31,330 bases of DNA from Cyanophora paradoxa CCMP329. Taxonomy: Eukaryota > Plantae > Glaucophyta. Where the stretch lies: positions 1-31,330 of the forward strand of contig QPMI01000311.1 of NCBI GenBank assembly GCA_004431415.1, given 5' to 3'. The position numbers and the translations under genes are program-made. The notes beneath the pieces are model-generated. The model did not search any database and was not told the DNA's origin. It was given only the letters and a program-made list of their open reading frames with translations. Positions 10,678 through 21,000 of the stretch are shown one piece after another; position 1 is the first letter of the stretch, and each line of letters starts with the position of its first letter.

Positions 10678-11760
10678 TCCACGAGGCTGGTCATGCCAGC
10701 TATCGCCAAGAGGGCGATACTGCAACTGGCGAGACAATTGGTCCATGCGATCCAAAATAATAGAAGACGTGCGACGAGAGTCATCGCGCAACTCATCAAA
10801 TTGCTGGCGAGCCTCGTGCCGAATCTCGCTCAATTGGCGGCGAGTTTCGTCACGAAGTGAATCAAGCTTATCATCCACCTTCAAAGAAAACTGTTTAAGC
10901 TTCGATTCGACCCGCTCATCAATCAAAGACTCAATACGCTCCGAAGTGAGAGCGTTCAATCCAGAAACATTTTTCGGCGATCCAAAAGGAAGAGACCCAA
11001 TTCCAAAAGGAGAAACCGAAGAAAAAGAGGAAGTGCGATCCGTCCAGAGACTGCGCAGCCGACGCAAAAAGCGAAGTTTGTTGTCGTCCAATTCAGGCGG
11101 CAGCTCACCCAACTTCAGATCATCACTCCAAATTTGTTTCACCACAACTTTCTCGAGAATGCCAGCTTCCTCCGCTCGCTTCATCTTCTCCACAGCAAAG
11201 TCCTCAAAATTGACTTGAGTACCAGCCTGGAGACAAGCACTCTGGTATGTGTAGGACCAGAAATTGCGAGCAGAATCCGTCTGGACATCCGAATGCATAA
11301 AGTGATCCTCGAACTTCTTAAGAAAAGTCGTCCAATTGTCACATTCAAGGACCACTCGAGAAAAGTCGTGGGCCCCAGCTGCCTCGTTGAAGACAGACTG
11401 GAGTTTCAACTGCACATGTGGCCAAGCATAGTCAAAATCAACCTTTGCCTGAGCCGTCCATGTGGAGTAGGGAGTGGTGTCCGCAGTGGGAAGGACATAG
11501 ATCGCCTTCAACACGTCACGAACGTTTTTGAGGAATCTAGAAGGAGCAGAATACTCGAATTTGGGCAGATTGAGGTTGCGCAGGAGCGGCTTAATCACGT
11601 CCACCCTTGGCTGGGCAGCCATGATGTCCTCCTGGTCAATGTCCACAGAGATGTTGTCCTCGTCGGCCAGCCTTCCTGCCTGTGCGGAGAGCAGGATAGC
11701 TTTATTAATACAGTCGTTAACTAAGGACCTAGCGAAGGGTCCTAGCCTACGACGGTACAC
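10678..11760 (-). CDS. gag: Gag-like protein, second copy, further truncated
   Basis: Translation is almost identical to 7179-8431 up to DQPRG, then reads into repeat sequence. Confidence 0.6.
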
Positions 11761-12388
11761 TGCTCGAATAGTGTTGCTTGACGAGGCCAGTGTTCAAGAA
11801 AACATTTCAGATCGTTCCAAAAGAAAGAAAGAGAGATTAAGAGAGATTCCAAAAGGAGAGAAAAGAGACAAATCCGGAAACTCGCGGGATTCCACGGAAA
11901 ACGGAGGTATCACAAGCAAACGACCTCGGCCAGCCGGCCAAGAGCGCACACAGCTTCGAAAATGAGATCCATGAGTGAATCGCGATGCAACAAGCTTATG
12001 TTCTCCGCAAAATGGCGGAATCGACAATGAAAGGTCGCAGTGCGCAAATCGCTGCAGAACGCACTGTAAGCGTATACGCAATCAGAAGAACGATGCGCAG
12101 ACACTGTGAGACCGCTGTGTCGAACACTTTGCGTCGAACATTCCACCGCTGCCACGAAATACAATGGCTTCCGGCAGCAGCCCCGATGATAAGAAGCTGC
12201 TAAAGTCTATACGATGGGTTCTAAGCCACTTCCGCACACGGCGCAGTGCCGTGCCGGGACGCACGTGCACACACGCGTAATATCCGCGTATGATTGAATG
12301 ACATACCCCTACACGAGGGACGGGGTATCACTAGCGTACATGGTACATTCGCTATGGCGAAAGGGGAAGGGAACTACGCTTCGCAACA
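10678..12388 (-). mobile_element. Near-identical duplicate of the family Z 5' half (LTR 12187-12388, gag to 11760)
   Basis: Offset is 3329 bp from 7349-9059. Only a few substitutions are visible (e.g. NVCD versus NVRD). Confidence 0.9.
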
Positions 12389-13425
12389 GGGCCGTTAGAC
12401 AGAGTGACTTGCTGGTGAGTGGGTTCATGTTCCTAAGGCTAGCACCTTGTGCATTTTCCCCCAGAGAGATTTGGGGTGCATCTTTCTTCTTTTTTGTAGC
12501 GGATCTGTAACCTGGGCCCTTCGAATGAGTGACTTGCTGGTGGGTGGGTTCATCTGCCTAAGGCTAGCACCATGTGCATTTTCCCCCCAGAGAGATTTGG
12601 GGTGCATCTTTCATCTATGTTGTGGCAGATCGGAAACCTGGGGCCTTTGACTGAGTGGCTTGCTGGTGGCTGGGTCATCTGCCTTAGGCTAGCGCCTTGT
12701 GCATTTTCTCCCAGAGAGATTTGGGGTGCATCTTTCGTCTATTTTGTGGCACATCAGAAACCTGGGGCCTTTTGACTGGGTGACTTGCTTTTGGGTAGGT
12801 CATGTGCCTAAGGCTAGCGCCTTGTGAATTTTCCCCCCAGCTGAGGCCCTCTAAAAGGCTCTGCCATTCCGAGTGGGACCCCAGTGGGCCCACAACAGCA
12901 AGGTCAGGTGCACACAAAAACTTTCCAGGGGGAACATGCACAAGGCGCTAGCCTCAGGCAGGTGCACCCTGCCCAGCAGAGGCAGGGTGCACCTGCCTGA
13001 GGCTAAAGCCTTGTGCATGTTCCCCTGGAAATTTCTTGTGTGCACCTGACCTTGCTGTTGTGGGCCCAATGGGAATTCAAACTGACCAGGGCTAAGGAGT
13101 GAACCCAGGAAACATTCAAGTCCCAAAACACTCGGTGGGGGTCCCACATGGAAGGGCAGAGCCTCTTACCGGGCGAGATTTGTGGTTTCATCTGCCAAAG
13201 GAATCTCTCTGGAGGAATATGCAAGGCGCTAGCCTCAGGGAGATGAACCACCCACCAAATATGCACAAGGCGCTAGCCTTAAGGAGATGACCCACCCACC
13301 AGCAAGTCACTCAGTCGAAGGCCCCAGGTTTCTGATCTGCCAGAACATAGAAGAAAGATGCACCCCTAATCTCTCTGGGGGAACATGCACAAGGCGCCAT
13401 CCTTAGGCAGATCAAACACCCACTG
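12389..13425. repeat. Satellite A (12389-12840), repeat B with fold-back (~12842-13169), satellite A pieces (~13170-13425)
   Basis: Monomer matches in both orientations. Confidence 0.85.
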
Positions 13426-13430
13426 AAGAA

Positions 13431-14759
13431 AGTCACGGCCCCTGCCACTTTTCAGATGATGATGAACAGCGTTCTTGGCACTTGTTAATATGTATTCATT
13501 TTGGTATATTTGGACGATATCTGTGTATTTTCGAAATCCTTGAAGCAGCACCTTGCTGATCTTCAGTTGGTGTTTGATGCTATGAGACGGGCAAACATCT
13601 TCTTTAAACCCAAGAAATCGAAATTCTTCAAGGCTGAATTGGAGTATCTTGGATTTGTAGTTACTAGACAGGGCATCAAGCCCTCTGCCACAAAGGTGGA
13701 GGCTGTTCGAAAGTTTGCGACCCCCAAATCTGTATCAGAAGTTAGGACTTTTCTTGGAATGACTGGATATTAAAGAATCTTTGTACCTTTATATGCAGTT
13801 CTTGCGGCGCCACTTTATGATCTTTGCACCAAAAGTTCACATTTTCATTGGACTGCCCGAGAGGATCTGGCTTTTCGGAAATTGAAAGAGTTGCTTTGTT
13901 CGGCACCCATTCTTTCGCTTCCTGATTTCTCTTAGTCTTTCATTCTCAAGACTGATGCTTCTAAGACTGGGGTTGGTGCGGTCCTTTCTAAACTGGATGA
14001 ATTTGGGAATGAAAAAGTTGTTTCATTTGCTTCTCACAAGTTCTCATCTCCTGAGAAGAAGTGGAATCGGGAAGTTGTCATTGAATATGCAGCTGAGTCC
14101 CTTTCTAATGAGCAGCAGAAGTGGACAGTCATGGAGCAGGAGTTGTATGCAATTTGGTGGGCTGTCACCAAGAAGTTCCCTCAGTATCTCCATGGCAAGA
14201 ATCGGGAAGTTGTTATTGAATATGCAGCTGAGTCCTGGGGAAGTTATCGCTTCTCAACCAGTTTTCATTCCTGGGGAAGTTGTTGCTGTGAAGACTCCTT
14301 CCACTTGGCGGTCTGATAAGCTCTCCCACCGTGTCACTGGGCCTTGGACTGTGCTCAAAGATGTTTCTCAAAGCAAGGGAGTTACTTTCTTGCTGGAGTA
14401 TTCTGGTCCTAAGGAGCGTGGTTCGCCTGCTGAGGGTTCGCATCAAATGGTTCATGCCTCTCGGCTCAAGCCTTGGAGGGACCCTGATTAATCTCTCTTT
14501 CTTTCTTTTCCTTCCTTGGACTTGGCCAGCGCGGACATAGCCTTTTTCTTACTTGGAGGAGAGTTGTTGCGAAGCGTAGTTCCCCCTCCCTTTGCCAATG
14601 TAGCATGTACGTTAGTGATACCCCGTCCCTCGTGAAGGGGTATGTCATTCAATCATACACGGATATTACGCGTGTGTGCACGTGCATCCAGGCACGGCAC
14701 TGCGCCGTGTGCGGAAGTGGCTAGGAACCCATCCTATAGCTTCTAACAGCTTATTTTCA
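13431..14759 (+). mobile_element. pol: Decayed Gypsy 3' half: RT C-part and RNase H, integrase mostly deleted, PPT, 3' LTR 14565-14759
   Basis: TAPATFQ, YLDDICVFS, YLGF, LKTDAS and a TGPW/HASRLKPW tail, with in-frame stops (e.g. 13771). PPT GGAGGAGAG at 14555-14563 is followed by TGTTG...TTTTCA. Confidence 0.9.
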
Positions 14760-15188
14760 GATTCACCCAAAATCTCTCTGGGGGAATATGCACAAGGCGC
14801 TAGCCTTAGGCAGATGACCCACCCACCCGCAAGTCACTCAGTCAAAGGTCCCAGGTTTCCGATCAGCCACGAAATCGAAGAAAGATGCACCCCAAATCTC
14901 TCTGCAGGAATATGCACAAGGCGCTAGCCTTAGGGAGATGAACCCACCCACCAGCAAGTCACTCAGTCAAAGGCCCCAGGTTTCTTATCTGCCACAAAAT
15001 AGAAGAAGGATGCACTTCAAAACTCTCTCTGGGGGAATATGCACAAGGCGCTACCCTTAGGGAGATGAACCACCCACCGAATATGCACAAGGCGCTAGCC
15101 TTAGGGAGATGAACCACCCAAAAGCAAGTAACTAAGTCAAAGGCCCCAGGTTTAGGATCTGTGACAAAATCGAAGAAAGATGCATCCC
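14760..15188 (-). repeat. Satellite A, reverse orientation
   Basis: Monomer match starts immediately after the LTR terminal CA. Confidence 0.9.
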
Positions 15189-15268
15189 TCTTGACATCCT
15201 CCAACACAGTTCAGGGCTGGTAAGTTCCAGGGCTGGTTAGCTCCAAAGGGGCTGGTTAGGGGCTTAGC

Positions 15269-15674
15269 TCTGATGCAGCTACTGTCAATAATCAAATATC
15301 GCTTTTGACATCCTCCAACACAGTGAAGGTCCTGCAGTCTGCTGACTGGCAGGATTTGTTGCAAGATTTTCTGCCCATTTCTTGCGCAATGCAGTGCGAA
15401 GCCAGACAAATATGTTGTATTGGAACTACACCTATCAGTTTGCTTGCCTCACTCTTGGCACAATTGTTCCCTTCGTGACTTTTGCCAATTGGAGAAGTTC
15501 AAGCGTGCTGAGGAGTGCAATTCTCGTGATTTGACTGAGGATGTAGTTATGAAGGATATTTGGAATGAACTGAATTTGCCTGGAGATTTGCCTTTGGAGA
15601 TGAACAATAAACAAAAATTGTATTTCAGACTCAAACAGTTGTGGGAGAAGAAATTGCAGGATACTCTACTCTAG
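15269..15674 (+). pseudogene. gag: Gag-like middle fragment with two frameshifts
   Basis: KVLQSADWQDLLQDF / AHF...YWNYTYQFACL / EKFKRAEE...KDIWNEL...LPLEM...LKQLW aligns with VVLECDNWTTFLKKFEDHF...FWSYTYQSACL...EKMKRAEE...KQIWSDD...LRSLW of Z gag. Confidence 0.75.
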
Positions 15675-15700
15675 CGCTGGGAACAATGGAACATCACCGC

Positions 15701-16795
15701 CTAATTCAGAAAGCCTAATTCTCGAGCGTAGTCTAAAAAGAACTGTTTCAGGCATGCTCCTGCTGTTATTGTCGACAAATACAGATGCAGATCAACTGAT
15801 TCTGGATGGGGCTGATGGATCATGAAAGCATTGTGCATCACTGTGAACTTGTATCCAAGGATATGAAGATGGAGTGCGAATTGCTGCTTGTCATATCCGT
15901 ATCCAACAAATGATTCATTGAAGAATACAAAAGGACGATGAATAGCAAGAAAAGGTTCAAACAAAAAGTTGTAAGTTATAGGGTAGTCTGAGCTTGCAAA
16001 CCAGAACTTGGAGTAATTGGTGGCTTCATGGCATGCCTGACATGATGAGGGAACTATAATTTGTCCGGCATGCACAGCATCCATCAAAGCGATCTTTGAC
16101 TGCTCTTGTGATTGAGATGCGTGTGCCATGAATGCAGGGACTACAAACACAGTTTGAGAATCAAATCTCCTTTTTGAAATCTCCGATGACAATGATTTGC
16201 TGTAAGAGAAGTCAATGTCCCCAATGAAAACAATTTCGCTTTGAGCTTCTCGCATTGCAATGTTTCGGAGGACATTATAAGGATACAGCTGGAATCTCAA
16301 GGGACAGCGTGGTACTACGTGAACGGACACTGAACGACGATCTAGTCCACGATCAAAATACCATCGTGCAAGATCTTCGACTTCATCAGCGGAAACCCAA
16401 ACGGCCAAACTGATACACGAGGTCCAGTGCTCTATCGCATTGTACCCATTCAATAACAATCTATCAACGGACGCATGTAGAATTAACGTAACAGAACAAT
16501 CAAAATATCTTCTTCCAAAGAAGTGGGGAAAAGAGTCAAATTTCATTGACCTTGCGATTTGATAAAGCTCGCACGAATTTTCAGCCCAAATACAGTCTGA
16601 GTATCGCCCATTGTCCAGTCTGTTTGTAACAGATATTTCAATGGGATGGATGCGGTATCTAAGAAGTTTCCTCAGCAATGATTCAAACTGCCAAAAATGC
16701 ACATCGCTGGCGTCAAGAGCGGCTTTATCTTCCGACAGCAGTATCTGGCTGAAAATGAACACCATGATTGGAAATGGCTTTATTATTCCTGTCAT
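15701..16795 (-). CDS. GT49 family (LARGE/B4GAT1-like glucuronyltransferase domain) glycosyltransferase, type II membrane-like, apparently intronless
   Basis: YPYNVLRNIA, a DID (DxD) motif, VFVVPAF, FEPF, FNESFVGYGYDK and AFMIHQPH match Glyco_transf_49 motifs, and there is an N-terminal hydrophobic anchor. Confidence 0.85.
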   Translation of the reverse strand: MTGIIKPFPIMVFIFSQILLSEDKAALDASDVHFWQFESLLRKLLRYRIHPIEISVTNRLDNGRYSDCIWAENSCELYQIARSMKFDSFPHFFGRRYFDCSVTLILHASVDRLLLNGYNAIEHWTSCISLAVWVSADEVEDLARWYFDRGLDRRSVSVHVVPRCPLRFQLYPYNVLRNIAMREAQSEIVFIGDIDFSYSKSLSSEISKRRFDSQTVFVVPAFMAHASQSQEQSKIALMDAVHAGQIIVPSSCQACHEATNYSKFWFASSDYPITYNFLFEPFLAIHRPFVFFNESFVGYGYDKQQFALHLHILGYKFTVMHNAFMIHQPHPESVDLHLYLSTITAGACLKQFFLDYARELGFLN

Positions 16796-17259
16796 TCTTC
16801 TATTTTATTCTATTTATTCTTCTGCTCCTCGCAAAAGAAATGAACGAATCATTAGGGTTCTATATTCCGCTCACATCTGCTCCCCTCGCAGTGATTTCGA
16901 TGGACGTAGAAGAAATCTCAAAGGAGACAAAGACCGAAAGCCAGCAGGCCACCAATCACTGCAATCACGCTGGGAGGCAAGCGGGTGTTTTTACTTATTT
17001 TTAACTTCTTATTATTAAATGTGGGAATGGCTGCGAGCGCTATTGGACATGCACAAGTGCAGCTGCTGCGACACTACGATTGACGTGAGCATGTGCGGGT
17101 CGGACGCCGCATCGGCCGCAGGGTCGCGAAGGCAACCAAAAGAGGCTCCCGACGAAGGCGTAGGCGAACCGTCGTTCGAGCAGCCCGCAAACATTTTGAC
17201 CCGCAACAGGGCGAGGCTAGTTGTGAAGCGTTGTGACTCCTACCCTGTTCTCTCCCCCT

Positions 17260-17882
17260 AAACCTGGGGCATTTGACTGAGTGACTTGCTGGTCAGCCTC
17301 GGGTCACCTGGTCGGTGGTTGACCAAGAGGCTTCTGTTTGTCGGATACATCGCTTCCCCGATTTTGGGTTTTACTTGCAGCACCGATCACGAACAATGGC
17401 TCACTATCAATCGGCAAGCTGACAATTAGCCATGTGCCTGGAATTTTATCAATAGGTCTTCCGAGTCATTGTGAATGGTCAACAATCGGTTGGCGATCAG
17501 GCAATCCGCTTTTCAACTATGAATAGCTCTTACAAATCATACATCGTCAACATCGACAATCCGCCCGGACTGCAGATTCGAACACAGAAAAGTTATGGCA
17601 TACCCGGTCAGCAGATCCGTGAACACACAAACCGCGCTTCCGTAGATATCGATCTAAATTCCAACACATGCACACGTGCAAGCGCACCCGATCTAGCTGG
17701 TGAAGCGCGAGCCGAGCGGGCGCGCCAGCGACCGCGAGGGGCCCCGGAGCGCTAGCGCGCGCTATTACATAACCGGTGACCCGAGGCTGCACTGCTCCGA
17801 GGGGGCAGGAAGTCTTGTGGGTGGGTCGTCTGCCTAAGGCTAGCGCCTTGTGCAAATCCCCCAGAGAGATTTGGGGTGCATC
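17260..17882 (+). repeat. One satellite A monomer split by an insertion (satellite at 17260-17293 and 17817-17882)
   Basis: ...GACTTGCTGGT and GGGTGGGTCGTCTGCC... are contiguous in the monomer. Confidence 0.8.
17294..17789. mobile_element. MITE-like non-autonomous DNA transposon, 496 bp, 15-bp perfect TIRs
   Basis: CAGCCTCGGGTCACC at 17294-17308 and GGTGACCCGAGGCTG at 17775-17789. No convincing ORF and no TSD. Confidence 0.7.
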
Positions 17883-18071
17883 TGTTGTGAAGCGTAGTGA
17901 CTCTTCCCCTGTTCTCTCTTTGGGTACCTAGTTCGTCCCCCTTCCCCTTGCTGTGTTTTGGGTCAGTCGTGGGTTGTCCCATGAATAAATGAACGCATCT
18001 CTTGTGTAGCCTAGCACGCCTTGGGATGCAGCAGCTTATCGCAGCCACATTCATCCAGCTGCTTCATCTCA
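17883..18071 (+). mobile_element. 5' LTR (family X, ~189 bp) followed by PBS-like TGGGGGCCG at 18074
   Basis: Starts TGTTGTGAAGCGTAG (compare family Z TGTTGCGAAGCGTAG), has AATAAA at 17984 and ends in CA 2 nt before TGGGGGC, a tRNA-Pro-type PBS start. Confidence 0.7.
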
Positions 18072-21000
18072 ATTGGGGGCCGCCGCGAAACGATTCCCGT
18101 GCGCGCTCTGTTTTCGAGCAGAGTTGTTTCTGAGATTTGTGACATTGGCCTTGTACTTTCTTATGACCAAGATGGGCGTGGAAGCCTGGAGTATTTAAAC
18201 AATGGCGCCCCTCCTGCTTCCGATGAGTCTTGTGCCAAGGAAGTTAATGTCACTTCTGCCGAAGCTGTTCTGACCTCTCAGCGTTCTTTCTCTCAGCACA
18301 AACCTTCTGAGATCACTGATCATTCTGAGATTCAACATGGACATGGGCCTCTGAAATACCAATCTGCCAATTCTTCTCCCTCAATTTCTTCTTCACTGCA
18401 GCCAGAAGTAGGTTTTTCTACATCGCTTGATATGCATTCCAAGAGTTCTTCGGTATCTATGGTTCCCCCATTCACTCCCACTGCTCATCTTCAATATCAA
18501 GTATCCATTGATGAGGCGAAGTCTCTGTCGTTTGAGGAGCTCAAGCAACGATTCGGTGAGCCTGCTGCTGATATTCTTCGTCAGATTGATGTTGGAGATA
18601 GAGGAGACAAGTCTGAGGATCGTGCTCGCATGTATGAGTTTCTTGAGAAGAATATCAAGGTCTTCCAAGATAAGCCTTCGGTTTATGATCCAAATACTCC
18701 TAAACCTCCAATCAAACATACCATTCCTACTGGGAATGCAGCTCCCATTGCTGAACCTCCTCGGAGGATGTCTGCAACAGAACGTCAGAAAGTTCTTGAT
18801 GAGACCAAATCTCTTCTGGAGCGCAATTTAATCAAGCCTTCTCGATCTGCTTGGGCGGCTCCTGTCGTCCTTGTCAAGAAGAAGGATGGTTCCTGGCGGT
18901 TCTGCATTGATTATCGGAGACTCAACGCTGTCACCTCTGATGATGCATATCCCCTCCCACGCATAGATGATGCATTAGAAGCTTTGTCGGGTGCTATATA
19001 TATCTCTACTGGTGATATCCCAGATGGCTACTGGGGTGTCGAAATGGATCCGAATGATAGGGAGAAAACTGCTTTTCGTGCTCCCCATGGACTCTTTGAG
19101 TGGAACGTTATGCCTCAGGGTCTCAAGACGGCCCCTGCAACGTTTCAAATGTTCATGAATCAGGTTTTGGGTACATATCTGTATGTTTTTGTTCTGGTGT
19201 ATCTGGACGACATCTGTGTGTTTTCCAAATCGCTGGAGCAACACTTTAAGGATCTTCAATGGGTTATAGATGCTCTGTATGCTGCTAATCTTCAACTGAA
19301 ACCGAAGAAGTGCAAGTTCTTCAAGGCTGAAGTCGAATATCTGGGTTTCTTAGTCACACGCAATGGAATCAAACCTTCCCCTTCCAAGACTGCTGCAGTG
19401 AAAACCTTTCCAACTCCTAAAGATGCTTCTCAGGTTAGGTCTTTTCTGGGGTTAGTTGGATATTACAGGATATTCATTCCCGACTGTGCTATCATTGCTG
19501 GTCCACTTCATGATCTCACGAACAAGAACTCAATTTTCAAATGGGGAGATCAAGAAGACTCTGCATTCCGCAAGTTGAAGGAGATCCTGTGCTCAAGTCC
19601 CATTCTTGCATTTCCAGACTTCTCCAAACAGTTCATTCTAAAGACGGATGCTTCTAAGACTGGTGTTGGAGCTGTGCTTTCTCAATTGGACTCTTCTGGG
19701 AATGAACGAGTTGTGTCTTTTGCTTCTCATAAGTTCAATGCTTCGGAGAAGAAATGGACCAAAGAGATTGTCATCGAGTATGCTGCCGAACCACTTATTG
19801 AGGATCAACAGAAATGGACTGTCACTGAGCAAGAACTATATGCTGTCTGGTGGGCTGTCACTAAGAAATTTCCTCAGTATCTCAAGGGTCAGAAATTTAT
19901 TATCAAGTCGGATCATTCGGCTCTGCAATACTTGAAGACATCCAAGAAGTTCCCCAATGCTCGCATTGCCAGATGGATTCTCTCAATGCAAGAGTTTGAC
20001 TTTGATGTGCACTACAAGCCTGGCAAACATAATCAGGATGCGGATACTTTGTCTCGCATTGCACATGCTGCTGTTCGTGCAATTGAAGCTATGGAGGCTA
20101 CTCCTAACCTTTTCTATTCGCTGCTGGATGCAATTGAACTTCAGCTGAACTTGGGCTCTGATCACATCAGGACTGAGCAACTCAACGATTCTTTGCTGTC
20201 AACAGTGATCAAATACCTTGAAGAAGACATCACAATTGAACCAGAGGGCACTGACAAAGTTGCCGAGAAGATGATCAAGTCTAGCAAATTTGTTCTCAAG
20301 GATGGAGTCCTTTGTCATCATCTTGCTGGCGATAAGCTGTACAGAATTGTCATCCCTGCTCATCTCACGTCTACCGTGCTTAATTCTGTTAATTTTTCTC
20401 TTGGGCATCCTGGCGTTGGCAAGATGTACGACCATATGAAGAGGCGATATTACTGGAAGTCTATGTACGCTGATATCCACAACTTCCTCCTCAAATGTCC
20501 TGACTGCCAGTTGATCAAGCCTTTTCGTGGTGCGAAAGACATCCCTCAAATTCCTATCTTCGCGGATGGTCCTATGCAACACTTGGAGATCGATATTGTC
20601 GGTCCTCTTCCCAAGACGAATCGTGGCAACAACTATCTCGTCACGATTATCGATGTCTTCACCCGATGGTCTTTCGCGCTGCCTGCACGAACTAAATCTC
20701 CAATCTACGTCATTCGTGCACTCTTCGATCATTGGATTCCTACTCATGGAGTTCCCAGGAAGATTTCATCGGATCAAGGTTCGGAGTTCAAGAATGCGCT
20801 TTTGCAATCTCTTCAGCAGTTCTATGGAATAAAAGCTGTCTTTTCGTCTACGTATCATCCTCAGAGTCAAGGACTCGTCGAGAAACTGAACGATGTGCTC
20901 ATTACAAGGCTTCGCTTCCATTGTGAGCGTAATCCGAAGGAATGGGATCTTTATCTTCCTTGCGCATTACTCGCAGTTCGGAACTATCGCAATCCTCGTA

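Noticed and set aside
15250-15268. Telomeric TTAGGG
   Set aside because: A single hexamer inside junction filler, with no tandem run.
16768-17261. Short ORFs upstream of the glycosyltransferase
   Set aside because: No domain signal. The hydrophobic N-terminus of 16768-17004 comes from a T-rich tract.
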